Origin: Bacteroidales bacterium
GTDB lineage: Bacteria > Bacteroidota > Bacteroidia > Bacteroidales > VadinHA17
DNA: 64,000 nucleotides
Direction of reading: 5' to 3'
NCBI GenBank assembly: GCA_035530515.1
Contig: DATKUO010000136.1
Coordinates: 5,758 to 69,757 of the forward strand
The notes beneath the pieces were generated by a model that was not told the DNA's origin, did not search any database, and saw only the letters and a list, made by a program, of their open reading frames with translations. The number at the start of each line of letters is the position of its first letter. Within the stretch, counting starts at the first letter, position 1. Positions 1-8,330 of this stretch are shown in pieces. The translations under genes were made by a program, and so were the position numbers.

Positions 1-692
1 GCCGGATACTGTTCATTAAATCGCTTTAGATCCAGTTTTAATTGTTTTGAAACTGAAGCAGTGTATATCGTTGCCATCACAACACTTTTCCTTTTCGACA
101 ACAGAGTTAATACACTTTCGTCCACGTAATTGTCTATCAGTATAATAGATTTATTTGCTGATTTTATTATATCCGATACAAACTGATAGGCATCGAATAT
201 TTGTCCGTCAAAAAAAATTCCTTCATGAGGTGGTAAGCTTGTTTTAATATGAACATCAAATTCATTGACTTTCCCTTTTAAATAATTTACATCATTTTCA
301 ATCTTTTCAATACGATGACTAGTAGAATATCCATTTAAAAGGTATTCTTTTAATATTTTGTTTGCCCAAACTCTAAATTGAATCCCTCTCTGCGATTTAA
401 CTCTATATCCTATAGAAATTATCATATCTAAATTATAATGCTCGACCTGATATGATTTACCATCAGATGCAGTTGTCGCAAAATTTGCGACAACTGAAAG
501 AGAATGTAACTCTTCTTTGACAGCATTTGCAATATGTTTGCCAATTGTCTTAATATCTCTTTCAAACAATTGAGCAATTTGATGCCGGTTAAGCCAAACT
601 GTTTCATCCTTAACTCTTACTTCAATTTGAAAATCAGCATTGTCAGCAGCTTGATAAATAACTAGTTCGCCTTTATTAATATGCTTGTTCAT
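1..692 (-). CDS. RhuM-family (virulence_RhuM-like) DNA-binding protein; C-terminus runs off the window
   Basis: Not in the ORF track because it reaches the window edge. Manual translation from the ATG (complement of 690-692) gives MNKHINKGELVIYQAADNADFQIEVRVKDETVWLNRHQIAQLFERDIKTIGKHI...DGKSYQVEHYNLDMIISIGYRVKSQRGIQFRVWANKILKEYLLNG, the typical RhuM core. Confidence 0.65.
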   Translation of the reverse strand, partial: MNKHINKGELVIYQAADNADFQIEVRVKDETVWLNRHQIAQLFERDIKTIGKHIANAVKEELHSLSVVANFATTASDGKSYQVEHYNLDMIISIGYRVKSQRGIQFRVWANKILKEYLLNGYSTSHRIEKIENDVNYLKGKVNEFDVHIKTSLPPHEGIFFDGQIFDAYQFVSDIIKSANKSIILIDNYVDESVLTLLSKRKSVVMATIYTASVSKQLKLDLKRFNEQYP

Positions 693-722
693 AACTCGGA
701 AAATGTTTAAATGTACCCGACT

Positions 723-827
723 TCAGGTTGAACTGTCAAGTATTCCTTGTGGGTTGAGGTTGAGGTTGCCTATTTCGCCGAGGCGGTAGATTTTAGAGAG
801 GTTGGAGACTTGGATTACGGAGGACAT
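723..827 (-). pseudogene. 5' remnant of a polysaccharide ABC-transporter ATPase (Wzt/TagH-like)
   Basis: Manual translation gives MSSVIQVSNLSKIYRLGEIG, matching the N-terminus of Wzt/TagH ATPases. It then degenerates into a caacctc word repeat and stops after 34 codons. It lies where wzt is expected, downstream of wzm. Confidence 0.4.
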
Positions 828-831
828 TTAT

Positions 832-903
832 GAAGAAGTAGGTAGTAGGAAGTAAGAAGTAAATAGTATGTAGTATGTAGTATGTAGTATGTAGTATGTA
901 GTA
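832..903. repeat. Left inverted-repeat arm of four-helix-bundle cassette 1; contains the 7-nt tandem tagtatg x5 (864-898)
   Basis: The purine-rich agtaRgt words are the reverse complement of 1301-1350. For example, gtaagaagtaaatagtatgtag matches rc(1315-1336) = gtaagtagtaaatagtaagtag. Confidence 0.8.
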
Positions 904-916
904 AAAAAGGTTCTAA

Positions 917-1297
917 TCAGGTGGGGGTGCAAAATTTCTCCGGAGTGTTTATCATCGAGTTCAGCATTTTTGCAATTTCCTGATATCTTTCCAGAAGTGA
1001 ATTATGTACTTGTTCATCAATATATTTACTGTCTTTTGACATGTTAATCCAGACTTCTGTTTCAGCTTCTTCAGCAAGTGAATCAAGCAATTTACTTACA
1101 AATGATTTAGAATACTTTCTCTTAATCCACGCTTCTGCGATGTTCGCTGGCACTGATCTTGATGATCTTCTTATTTGATCGACAAGAGAATACTTTTCTT
1201 CCTTTAGAAAGATTTTTGTAATCTCAAAAATATCCATTGCTAAATCATATGATTTTTTATATACTATTAAATCTCTAAATCCCCTGTAATTCGGCAT
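917..1297 (-). CDS. Four-helix-bundle protein (23S rRNA intervening-sequence protein family, Avd-like)
   Basis: 126 aa with family hallmarks: Y..S..L...I......P..EKYSLVDQIRRSSRSVPANIAEA. Confidence 0.85.
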   Translation of the reverse strand: MPNYRGFRDLIVYKKSYDLAMDIFEITKIFLKEEKYSLVDQIRRSSRSVPANIAEAWIKRKYSKSFVSKLLDSLAEEAETEVWINMSKDSKYIDEQVHNSLLERYQEIAKMLNSMINTPEKFCTPT

Positions 1298-1300
1298 TAT

Positions 1301-1350
1301 CTTACTTTCTTATTCTACTTACTATTTACTACTTACTACTTACTATTCTT
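1301..1350. repeat. Right inverted-repeat arm of four-helix-bundle cassette 1
   Basis: The run cttactttcttattctacttactatttactacttactacttactattctt is complementary to 832-903. Confidence 0.8.
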
Positions 1351-1354
1351 AAAC

Positions 1355-2055
1355 TTAGACAGTATCAACGAACGTCTTCTCCGTTTTATTAAAAATAACT
1401 ATGCCTAAAACGAGAACAATCAAGGTAATAATTGCAGAATACCCGATGCTCCATGCGCTGAATTCACCTTTCCCCAGAAAACTATAACGAAAAGCTTCGA
1501 TGATGCCGGTCATTGGGTTGAGCTCAATGATATGTTTGTATTTTTCTGGTGCTGCACTAAGTGGATAAATAACTGTTGTGGTGTACATCAGTAATTGCAC
1601 CCCGAAAGTGACCAGGAATGCCAGATCACGGTATTTGGTGGTAAAATAAGCCTCGGGAAATAAACCTTACCAAAAATTTGTGAATTATCCTTAAAAACAG
1701 TACTTGTTTTAGTAAGGCAGTCTGCGAAGTAATTCCATGCAGTAATGCCTGCCAGATAAAACAGTGGCTGTGGAAGGCCATCAGTACTGATAGCCGCCAG
1801 ACTACCAAAGACAAAAGTGTAAATTATGGTGGTAAAAAGAGGCTGTATAAAAAACCAAAGCGGCCCCAGGATGGTTTGTTTGTAAAAGCTCACAAAGTCG
1901 CGCTTTACAAACATCGCCAACAAATCGCGGTAGCGCCAGACGTCTCTGAATTTAAGATCGAAAAGAGAGGAAGAACCTTCAATTACAAGATCCCATTCAT
2001 TATCAGGAGTTACGCGTTTAGTGTTTCGTGCTTCGTGTTCAAGGTTCGATTGCAT
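1355..2055 (-). pseudogene. wzm: ABC-2 polysaccharide/O-antigen export permease (Wzm-like) with an internal deletion plus frameshift
   Basis: Two ORFs (1588-2055 and 1355-1600) carry the N- and C-terminal parts. At the junction the sequence reads ...FGKVYFPRLIL, then in the next frame TTKYRDLAFLVTFGVQLLMYTTTVIYPLS. The roughly 75 aa of membrane helices normally found between these motifs are absent. Confidence 0.7.
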
Positions 2056-2150
2056 GCAATGTTATAGCGTTAAGTGTTATGACGTTATGCCTTCATTTAC
2101 ATCATCAGTTGGATTTGATTCGTAGTTGAAGGCTTGACTTTATTTAGAAC

Positions 2151-2552
2151 CTATTTACTTCTTGCCGGAAATTTTATTACAAAACCGACCAAAAATAATC
2201 CAGACAGGGCACCAACAAGATACCAGATAAAATCGAATGGGTTAAAAGTGCTGCCAAACAGCGCTCTGAAAAAATAGTTTTTTCTGAATAACTCTAATGT
2301 CGGAGTGTGAATTAACTGTGAAAATTCAATTATGCAGGTAATACAAAGGACAATTAGTGATATTTTTATTGGTTCGGCCTTAGGAAAACCCAGTGATGCC
2401 AAAACAATAAAAAATATAACGTAAATTACTCCTCCCAGATAATTGGTAACAAATTCACTGCCGCTGCCAGAATAAACTTTTGTTAATAACCCGATTGGTA
2501 TAAGGATTATTACCAGGGAGAGTTTAATGAAGGTTTGTTTTTTGATTTGCAT
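2151..2552 (-). CDS. Small polytopic membrane protein, DUF2809-like
   Basis: 133 aa with 4 predicted TM helices. The pattern YSG....F..NYLGGVIYV ... EFSQL ... G.TF...D...Y..GA matches the family. Confidence 0.45.
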   Translation of the reverse strand: MQIKKQTFIKLSLVIILIPIGLLTKVYSGSGSEFVTNYLGGVIYVIFFIVLASLGFPKAEPIKISLIVLCITCIIEFSQLIHTPTLELFRKNYFFRALFGSTFNPFDFIWYLVGALSGLFLVGFVIKFPARSK

Positions 2553-2772
2553 GAACTCTTAGTAATTGTCTATTAAGATAAAAGACAAAAGTATAAAGAC
2601 AAAAGTGAAGAAAAGGCACAGGGCGCATGGCGCATTGCGCATAGTATATCAATAATTGATTTAATAGTTAATTTCTTCCGCTTTGCACTGTGCTACATAG
2701 GGCGAAAGGCCTCACAATAGTTCAGAGCAGGAGAAGTACCCGAACGCATCAACTGAGCTGATAAATTTGTCA

Positions 2773-2967
2773 TCAGGCAAATTCGTATTCAACAGAATTA
2801 AGACTTCCCATTTTCTTTGATGCATCTATAACTTCGATAGCAACAATATTACCTGATTTATCATAATCAAAGATTATACCGGACTTGTCTTCGCCGCTCT
2901 CCGATATAGCTTCATCAGAAAACCGGAAATAAATTATATCGCTTTCTTTGTCATATTTTATCTTCAT
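2773..2967 (-). CDS. DUF2283-family small protein (antitoxin-like partner of DUF4258)
   Basis: 64 aa: MKIKYDKESDIIYFRFSD...IIFDYDKSGNIVAIEVIDASK. Confidence 0.65.
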   Translation of the reverse strand: MKIKYDKESDIIYFRFSDEAISESGEDKSGIIFDYDKSGNIVAIEVIDASKKMGSLNSVEYEFA

Positions 2968-3205
2968 GATATTTACTTATTTTGGATGTTTTATATGCTG
3001 TTATTACCAAATTTGGTTGTTTCAATGTATTTACAAAAATACGTATAAGAAAGTTTCTATCAAAGGTTAAAGCCTGATAAACAGCAATTTCTTTACCTTG
3101 TTTTAAAACAAGATCAGGTTTCTTCAAAACTGAATTTATTTCATCCACAATTATTCCCCTGAGTCTGATTTGCTCAAGACAGTGCTTTGAAATTATATAT
3201 TCCAT
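2951..3205 (-). CDS. DUF4258-family small protein (toxin-like)
   Basis: The start is moved to the internal ATG (MEYIISKHCLEQIRLRGIIVDEINSVL...). The upstream part of the track ORF translates word-repeat DNA. The gene overlaps the DUF2283 gene by 17 nt. Confidence 0.55.
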   Translation of the reverse strand: MEYIISKHCLEQIRLRGIIVDEINSVLKKPDLVLKQGKEIAVYQALTFDRNFLIRIFVNTLKQPNLVITAYKTSKISKYHEDKI

Positions 3206-3284
3206 TATCACTATTTCGTTAATAACCTTCTTAGAGCTGAGCGTTTTAAGAAGGCGCAGGGCGGAGAGCGGAGAGCGTTTAGTC

Positions 3285-3312
3285 AAGACAAAAGTCACAA
3301 GACAAAAGTAAA
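3285..3312. repeat. Left inverted-repeat arm of four-helix-bundle cassette 2 (aagacaaaag words)
   Basis: aagacaaaagtcacaagacaaaagtaaa is complementary to the cttttgtctt words at 3801-3858. A same-orientation copy lies at 2578-2606. Confidence 0.7.
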
Positions 3313-3327
3313 TTGGGTATTATGTGT

Positions 3328-3765
3328 TTATTCTCGTGATTTTTGGACGATGGAGCCGAGAATCTTTTTAAGCTCTCCAGACTCCTTTATTAAATAATCA
3401 AGATCAGAATTATTTACTTCTTGGACTGTCCTTTTTATTATTCTAAGCCAATAATTTGATTCTCTCATTTCTCTTAATGAAATCCGGACCTTATTAGTAA
3501 AGTCTGGTTTTGATGAGCCACCCTGAGCTTCCCTGCCCTGTCAAATAAGCTAAACTTCTTAAGACATAAGTAAAATATAAATCCTTTAACATTTTGATGC
3601 AATTTGACAGGGCGAGTAATTTGCTCCGGATGAACAGGCACTTTTTGATAATTGCGTCCGGATGGTTTTATTTTCAGGGGAATACGGCAGCGTTTTCAAA
3701 AATTCAATGACTTTTACTGCAAACTCAAAAAGCCTATCACATAAGTCATTCTTCTTATCTTCCAT
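3328..3765 (-). pseudogene. Four-helix-bundle (23S rRNA IVS protein family) gene interrupted by a small palindromic insertion
   Basis: Manual translation gives MEDKKNDLCDRLFEFAVKVIEFLKTLPYSPENKTIRTQLSKSACSSGANY, then about 80 nt containing stop codons. It resumes as EAQGGSSKPDFTNKVRISLREMRESNYWLRIIK...LKKILGSIVQKSRE*. Confidence 0.75.
3533..3615. mobile_element. MITE-like insertion with perfect 12-bp terminal inverted repeats
   Basis: gccctgtcaaat (3535-3546) and atttgacagggc (3602-3613) flank a 55-nt AT-rich core. The element sits exactly at the break in the four-helix-bundle reading frame. Confidence 0.6.
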
Positions 3766-3800
3766 AGTTTTTTTCGCCTTTTATCATTTAAATTCTCTAA

Positions 3801-3858
3801 ACTTTTGTCTTTCAGCTTTCTTCCTCCTTTTATCTTTTTACTTTTATCTTTTGTCTTT
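3801..3858. repeat. Right inverted-repeat arm of four-helix-bundle cassette 2
   Basis: acttttgtctttcag...tttttacttttatcttttgtcttta is the reverse complement of the aagacaaaag words at 3285-3312. Confidence 0.7.
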
Positions 3859-3859
3859 A

Positions 3860-6289
3860 TTACTCTTCCGTATAATACCCCTGCGTCTTATCTGAATAAC
3901 CATATCGGCCATAGTAACCCCTGTTGTAATAGTTGAGGCCATAGGAGTAACCATATCCCTGTGCATAACCATAGCGCATACCGTAACCGTAGTACCCGGT
4001 AAGACTTATGTCGTTTATTACAATGGCCATATTCTTAAGTTCGCCATGGTTGTTTAGCTGATCTATCAGTTCGAGTGTATTACGCGAGGAGTATCGCTGG
4101 CGTACTATAAACAGGTTAACGTCAACAAACCGGGCAAGTAAGAGAGCATCTGTAACTATAGCAACCGGAGGAGTATCAATAATTATATAATCATATTCTT
4201 TCTTAGCTCTTTCCATAAACTTTTTCATCAGTTCCGTCTCGATAAGTTCAGCAGGGTTTGGAGGTATGGGTCCGGATGGGGCGTAAAAAAGATTATCAAT
4301 CTGTGTTTTCTTAATTATCTCTTCATAATTACAGTTACCGCTGAGGTATGTGCTCATACCCGGACTATCGTCGAATTCAAAAACCCTGTTGATTCGTGGT
4401 TTCCTCAGGTCAAGCCCCACCAGAAGAACTCTTTTGCCAAGCATTGCTGTTATGGCTGCCAGGTTTACAGCAATAAATGTCTTACCCTCCATACTAATAG
4501 TTGATAAAACGGCGATAACCGATACTTCATTTTCCTTAACAAAATATTTTATCGCAGTCCGGACAGACCTGAACGACTCAGCAAGCGACGAACCGGGTTT
4601 TTCGACAACCAGTATCTCACTCTTCCCCTCTTTATGACTGATATATCCGATTACAGGAACTTTTGTCTTTCTCTCGATATCTTTTTTATCTATTACCTTA
4701 TCATTGAAAAAGTCAATCAGTGCAATTAATGCAGCAGGTAACATTAATCCCAGTATAAGGGCAATAATAATGTTATTCCTGGCTTTTGGTTTAATAAGTG
4801 CCGAACTGTAGAACGAAGCCGGGTCAATAATACGGTTGTCGGATACATTGGATGCCCTTGCAATACCCGATTCAGACCGTTTTTCGAGAAGATAGGTATA
4901 GACAGTATTGTTAAGATCGAAGACCCTCTGAATATTAATGAAATTCCTTTCCGTTGAAGGAAGTTTACTGATCTCAATCTCCACGCCGGATATTTTCCTG
5001 TCCGATTCAGCAATGATCTGCTTAAGTCCCGCGATCCCGTTTTTCACATTCTCCCTGAGAGCTTCTCTGGCCTCATCTGTTTGTTTATTGAGAAGAGCAT
5101 GAGCAGGCTGGTCACCACTTATGTTGAAACCGATCCTTTCCATCTCCTTCTGGTATGCAGAAAGCTCATTTACTAACCTTATGAGTACCGGGTCGGCTAT
5201 TCCCATTACCGAAGGGGAGAAAATCGCTCCTCCGGTATTCTTTATATTGAGATATTCAGACAGGTAGTTGTAGTACTGAAGCTGCAGATTAAATGAGGCT
5301 CTTTCATTCTCAAATTTCTCCAGCCTGTTCTGGATAAGCGAACCCTCCCTGCTTAGATCAACAAACCTGTTCTTCAATCTGAAACTTTCAAGTTTCTCTT
5401 CTGCTTTCGAGAGGGAGTCCGATATTATATTAAGCTGAGCATCAATAAATTTAATTGTGCTGTCGGCTGTCCGGTTTTTATTGTCGACACCATATCCTAT
5501 ATATTCTCTCATCAGTGTATTAAGATAATCGGCTTCCTGCCGGGGCACTGATCCTGAAACCGAAAGTGCAACGAGCGATGCATCCTTTTCGATAGGCGCC
5601 ACAGATAATTTGGCCCGGTATTCCGTAGCAAGAGCCCCGGGTTCTGTAAACCAGAAATAGTATCTGTTTGAGCCGTCTTCCAAACATACTGTGTCACCGG
5701 GAATCCTCTTTTCAATTGTGAAGTCAAAGCCAAATTCAGTAAAACGATCCCCAAAACTCATCTCGTCAACAAAATTCAGATCCCCATCGAGACTGATACG
5801 ATATTTTTCTTCAGACAGTATTTCTATATCGACCCTGAATCCTTTCGGCTCAACCTCAAGGGAATCATAAACCACCCTGAAGGGACATGTATTATACATC
5901 CTTGATTCAACTATCTTCCTTCTTCCGACACCCACATAAATCACATGAAAATCCTTCAGCTTTTCCATCACCGCATAATTGAGCCTGAATGATCTGAGGA
6001 TGCCCATCTCATTTATCAGGTTTTGTTGACTCTTGAAAATATCTCCTCCCGGCAGTATACTTGCAACATTACCGCTCATGTTGGCCATCTGATCATCTTT
6101 AATCAGCAGAGAAGATGATACAGTGTAGATCTTCTCTGAATACCTGTTTATCCCATAGGCCAGTGTCACAGCAATAAACAAGGTAATGGCAAACCAGTAC
6201 CAGTTGCTTATGAAAAGAGACAGATATCTCTTTATATCGATGTTTTCGTCTTCGGGGAAATTTGGTTGGGAGGGGTAGTTGGGGTCCAT
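3860..6289 (-). CDS. wzc: Polysaccharide co-polymerase / BY-kinase (Wzc/GumC-like tyrosine autokinase)
   Basis: 809 aa. It has an N-terminal Wzz-like domain with two TM segments and a long coiled coil. The C-terminal P-loop domain (SMEGKT, IIIDTPP) is followed by a Tyr-rich tail, GYYGYGMRYGYAQGYGYSYGLNYYNRGYYGRYGY. Confidence 0.85.
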   Translation of the reverse strand: MDPNYPSQPNFPEDENIDIKRYLSLFISNWYWFAITLFIAVTLAYGINRYSEKIYTVSSSLLIKDDQMANMSGNVASILPGGDIFKSQQNLINEMGILRSFRLNYAVMEKLKDFHVIYVGVGRRKIVESRMYNTCPFRVVYDSLEVEPKGFRVDIEILSEEKYRISLDGDLNFVDEMSFGDRFTEFGFDFTIEKRIPGDTVCLEDGSNRYYFWFTEPGALATEYRAKLSVAPIEKDASLVALSVSGSVPRQEADYLNTLMREYIGYGVDNKNRTADSTIKFIDAQLNIISDSLSKAEEKLESFRLKNRFVDLSREGSLIQNRLEKFENERASFNLQLQYYNYLSEYLNIKNTGGAIFSPSVMGIADPVLIRLVNELSAYQKEMERIGFNISGDQPAHALLNKQTDEAREALRENVKNGIAGLKQIIAESDRKISGVEIEISKLPSTERNFINIQRVFDLNNTVYTYLLEKRSESGIARASNVSDNRIIDPASFYSSALIKPKARNNIIIALILGLMLPAALIALIDFFNDKVIDKKDIERKTKVPVIGYISHKEGKSEILVVEKPGSSLAESFRSVRTAIKYFVKENEVSVIAVLSTISMEGKTFIAVNLAAITAMLGKRVLLVGLDLRKPRINRVFEFDDSPGMSTYLSGNCNYEEIIKKTQIDNLFYAPSGPIPPNPAELIETELMKKFMERAKKEYDYIIIDTPPVAIVTDALLLARFVDVNLFIVRQRYSSRNTLELIDQLNNHGELKNMAIVINDISLTGYYGYGMRYGYAQGYGYSYGLNYYNRGYYGRYGYSDKTQGYYTEE

Positions 6290-6296
6290 GGGGTAA

Positions 6297-6344
6297 GATG
6301 TTATGGCGTTATGATGTTATGGCGTTATGATGTTATGGCGTTTT
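6297..6344. repeat. 16-nt tandem repeat gatgttatggcgttat x3
   Basis: Copies at 6297-6312 and 6313-6328 are identical; the 6329-6344 copy differs at one position. The array lies between the wzc start and the four-helix-bundle stop, and the last copy overlaps the ORF end. Confidence 0.9.
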
Positions 6345-6713
6345 ATTGTTAGGCGGTATGGATTTGAAATATTTTGTGAGAGCGCTGAGTTTGTTGGAGA
6401 CTTTTTCAATTTGCTTTCGTATTTCAGTGTATTGATCTTCATTAATATATTTTAAGTCAAGGGATGCAATAGTTTGATTAAGTAATTCCATAAGACTTGA
6501 ATATGCTATTGTCATGAAATTTGATTTGTCTTTCCCTGTTGATCTATAGGAACCTTCGACAATGTTAGAAGAAACTGAAATTACTGACCTTCTCATCTGA
6601 TTAGTAATTCCAAATTTCTCGTCATCGGGAAATCCTTTGGTGATAGTATAAACCATTTTCGTTAATTCTCTGGAATCATTCCAAACCTCTAATTTTTCAA
6701 ACGAATATTTCAT
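6333..6713 (-). CDS. Four-helix-bundle protein (23S rRNA IVS protein family)
   Basis: 126 aa: MKYSFEKLEVWNDSRELTKMVYTITKGFPDDEKFGITNQMRRSVISVSSNIVEGS. Confidence 0.85.
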   Translation of the reverse strand: MKYSFEKLEVWNDSRELTKMVYTITKGFPDDEKFGITNQMRRSVISVSSNIVEGSYRSTGKDKSNFMTIAYSSLMELLNQTIASLDLKYINEDQYTEIRKQIEKVSNKLSALTKYFKSIPPNNKTP

Positions 6714-6801
6714 TTCAAGTGTTATGGCGTTATGTGTTATGTTTTGTCAGTTGGATTTGAAAACTTAAATCTTAACACTTTGCTCTTCGTTATTCATTTA
6801 A

Positions 6802-6898
6802 GGTGTGTAATAGAATAAACTATTCACTTGCAATACATATAATATTGAATGTCAAACTATTAATAAATATTGTTGCACAACTTATTTTATTACACACC
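6802..6898. repeat. 17-bp inverted repeat (1 mismatch) with a 63-nt loop at the 3' end of the AlbA_2 gene
   Basis: ggtgtgtaatagaataa (6802-6818) pairs with ttattttattacacacc (6882-6898). The right arm covers the stop codon and last codons of the 6882-8291 gene. Confidence 0.6.
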
Positions 6899-8291
6899 CT
6901 AAATAATACCCTCCTGTTTTTTTACTGCCCCGGCGTTCAATCAGATTCTTTTTAATCAAGATTCTGACATGCTTGTCCACAGTACTAAAGGGCATTTTTA
7001 ATTCCTGTGACAATAGGCTGGCATTTATTCCTTCGTGTTTTTTTATAGCCTGGTAAACAGATGTTTGTCCAGTATTTAATTCGCCATTTAATTCGCCATT
7101 TAATTCGCCATTTTTCAAATTATGATAATCCAAAGGCACTTTTGAAATAAAAATATCTTCTTCAGAAAACACAATTTTATCACTGCCCGAATAGGCTTTT
7201 GAATACTTATACACATTGCGAATCCCTGTACCTAACTCTTCGGACCGTCCCAATTGGGTGAACAATTGGGCTATATTTGGGTTTTTAGGAAAAGCCTGAA
7301 ATGTGTCGGGATAAAGCTGTCCATAAACATGGGGTTTATTGGCATTTTGAGTTTCTACTCTGTCTTTATAAATGATAAATGTAGATGGAAATGCATTTGT
7401 GTATTCGCGATGAATAAGCATATTGGCTATAATTTCACGAAATATTTTTTCTCTTAAAGATATCCGTTGGTCGCCTTCCAGGTAAAACTTATCCGGCAGA
7501 TGTTTTGCCACAAAATTCATTAATTTGTCATACGCTTCGATTAAATTGCATTGAATATTTTCACGGTCGTCGTAACGGTCCAAATCAACTTTTCGCAAAA
7601 CAGCATCTATCTTATAATGTGGAATAGCACTTTGAATCGTTTCAACTTTCCCAAACATCAATAAAGCCGCCATTGTAAAACCCTCAATGCCAGAGGCAAA
7701 ATCTTTTCTATAGAGGCCTGCTGTTCTATAAAATTCTTCGTTCGAAAGTTCGTTCCAAGGGTGATTTGCCCGGTTTATTTTGATAATTTTACGAACATGT
7801 TCCACTATTCCTGGTACAAAATCGGACTCAAATAAAAACGGATAAATAGTATTTTCGGAATAAAGCAAATTTTTTCGTGTATAAAGATTTTTGATTTGAG
7901 CATCGGCCTTTATCTCAAAATCGCCATCAGCGCTTCTGTCAAATACCTTTCCATTGCAGCGATGCACCTGCGAAGATATGGGCACAAAAACATGAATCAG
8001 CATTTTACCTTCATACTCAACAATTTTTGGCTCAATGAGAAACGACGGAAAGAGCTTTTGTTGATTGTTGCTCAAGTTGGCAATATTTTTACACAGGATC
8101 TCCACCGAATTTGGATTCACGCCTTCAATGGTTTTATCATCGCTTACACCCAACAAAATAGTCCCACCATTGCGATTTAGAAATGCGCACACAGAATCAA
8201 AAAAATTATCGGGGAGATGACAGGTTGCTTTCTTAAATTCGACAGAAATGCCTTCTCCTTGTTCTAATAACTGTTGGATGTTTACATTCAT
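6882..8291 (-). CDS. AlbA_2 (Schlafen-like) DNA-binding domain protein with HATPase_c_4-like and C-terminal wHTH regions ('RecG-like' putative regulator)
   Basis: 469 aa. The N-terminus reads E.E.VEFK....P..F...VCAFLNRNGGTILLGV.D...I.GV. The C-terminus reads KHVRILIKKNLIERRGSKKTGGYY. Confidence 0.6.
   Translation of the reverse strand: MNVNIQQLLEQGEGISVEFKKATCHLPDNFFDSVCAFLNRNGGTILLGVSDDKTIEGVNPNSVEILCKNIANLSNNQQKLFPSFLIEPKIVEYEGKMLIHVFVPISSQVHRCNGKVFDRSADGDFEIKADAQIKNLYTRKNLLYSENTIYPFLFESDFVPGIVEHVRKIIKINRANHPWNELSNEEFYRTAGLYRKDFASGIEGFTMAALLMFGKVETIQSAIPHYKIDAVLRKVDLDRYDDRENIQCNLIEAYDKLMNFVAKHLPDKFYLEGDQRISLREKIFREIIANMLIHREYTNAFPSTFIIYKDRVETQNANKPHVYGQLYPDTFQAFPKNPNIAQLFTQLGRSEELGTGIRNVYKYSKAYSGSDKIVFSEEDIFISKVPLDYHNLKNGELNGELNGELNTGQTSVYQAIKKHEGINASLLSQELKMPFSTVDKHVRILIKKNLIERRGSKKTGGYYLGCVIK
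7074..7109. repeat. In-frame 12-nt tandem repeat x3 inside the AlbA_2 gene
   Basis: atttaattcgcc occurs at 7074-7085, 7086-7097 and 7098-7109. It encodes the NGELNGELNGELN stretch of the protein. Confidence 0.9.
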
Positions 8292-8330
8292 AAAGTTTTG
8301 GGCGTTGGGCGTTATATGCGACTGCGTCGT

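Noticed and set aside
832-903. Short tandem/word repeats (also at 6297-6344, 22097-22116, 51186-51209) considered as CRISPR arrays
   Set aside because: Units are only 7-16 nt and are contiguous or degenerate. There are no unique spacers of 25-40 nt, and no cas genes occur in the window.
3662-3895. 77-aa hydrophobic ORF on the plus strand
   Set aside because: It lies antisense to the disrupted four-helix-bundle gene and runs through its cttttgtctt repeat arm. The low-complexity translation is not credible.
4350-5754. Track ORFs inside and antisense to wzc (4350-4637, 4744-5013, 5512-5754), and analogous shadow ORFs inside the T9SS, ileS, dnaG, A2M and pbpC genes
   Set aside because: They are embedded in or antisense to long, well-supported genes. 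They have no motifs and are typical out-of-frame shadows.
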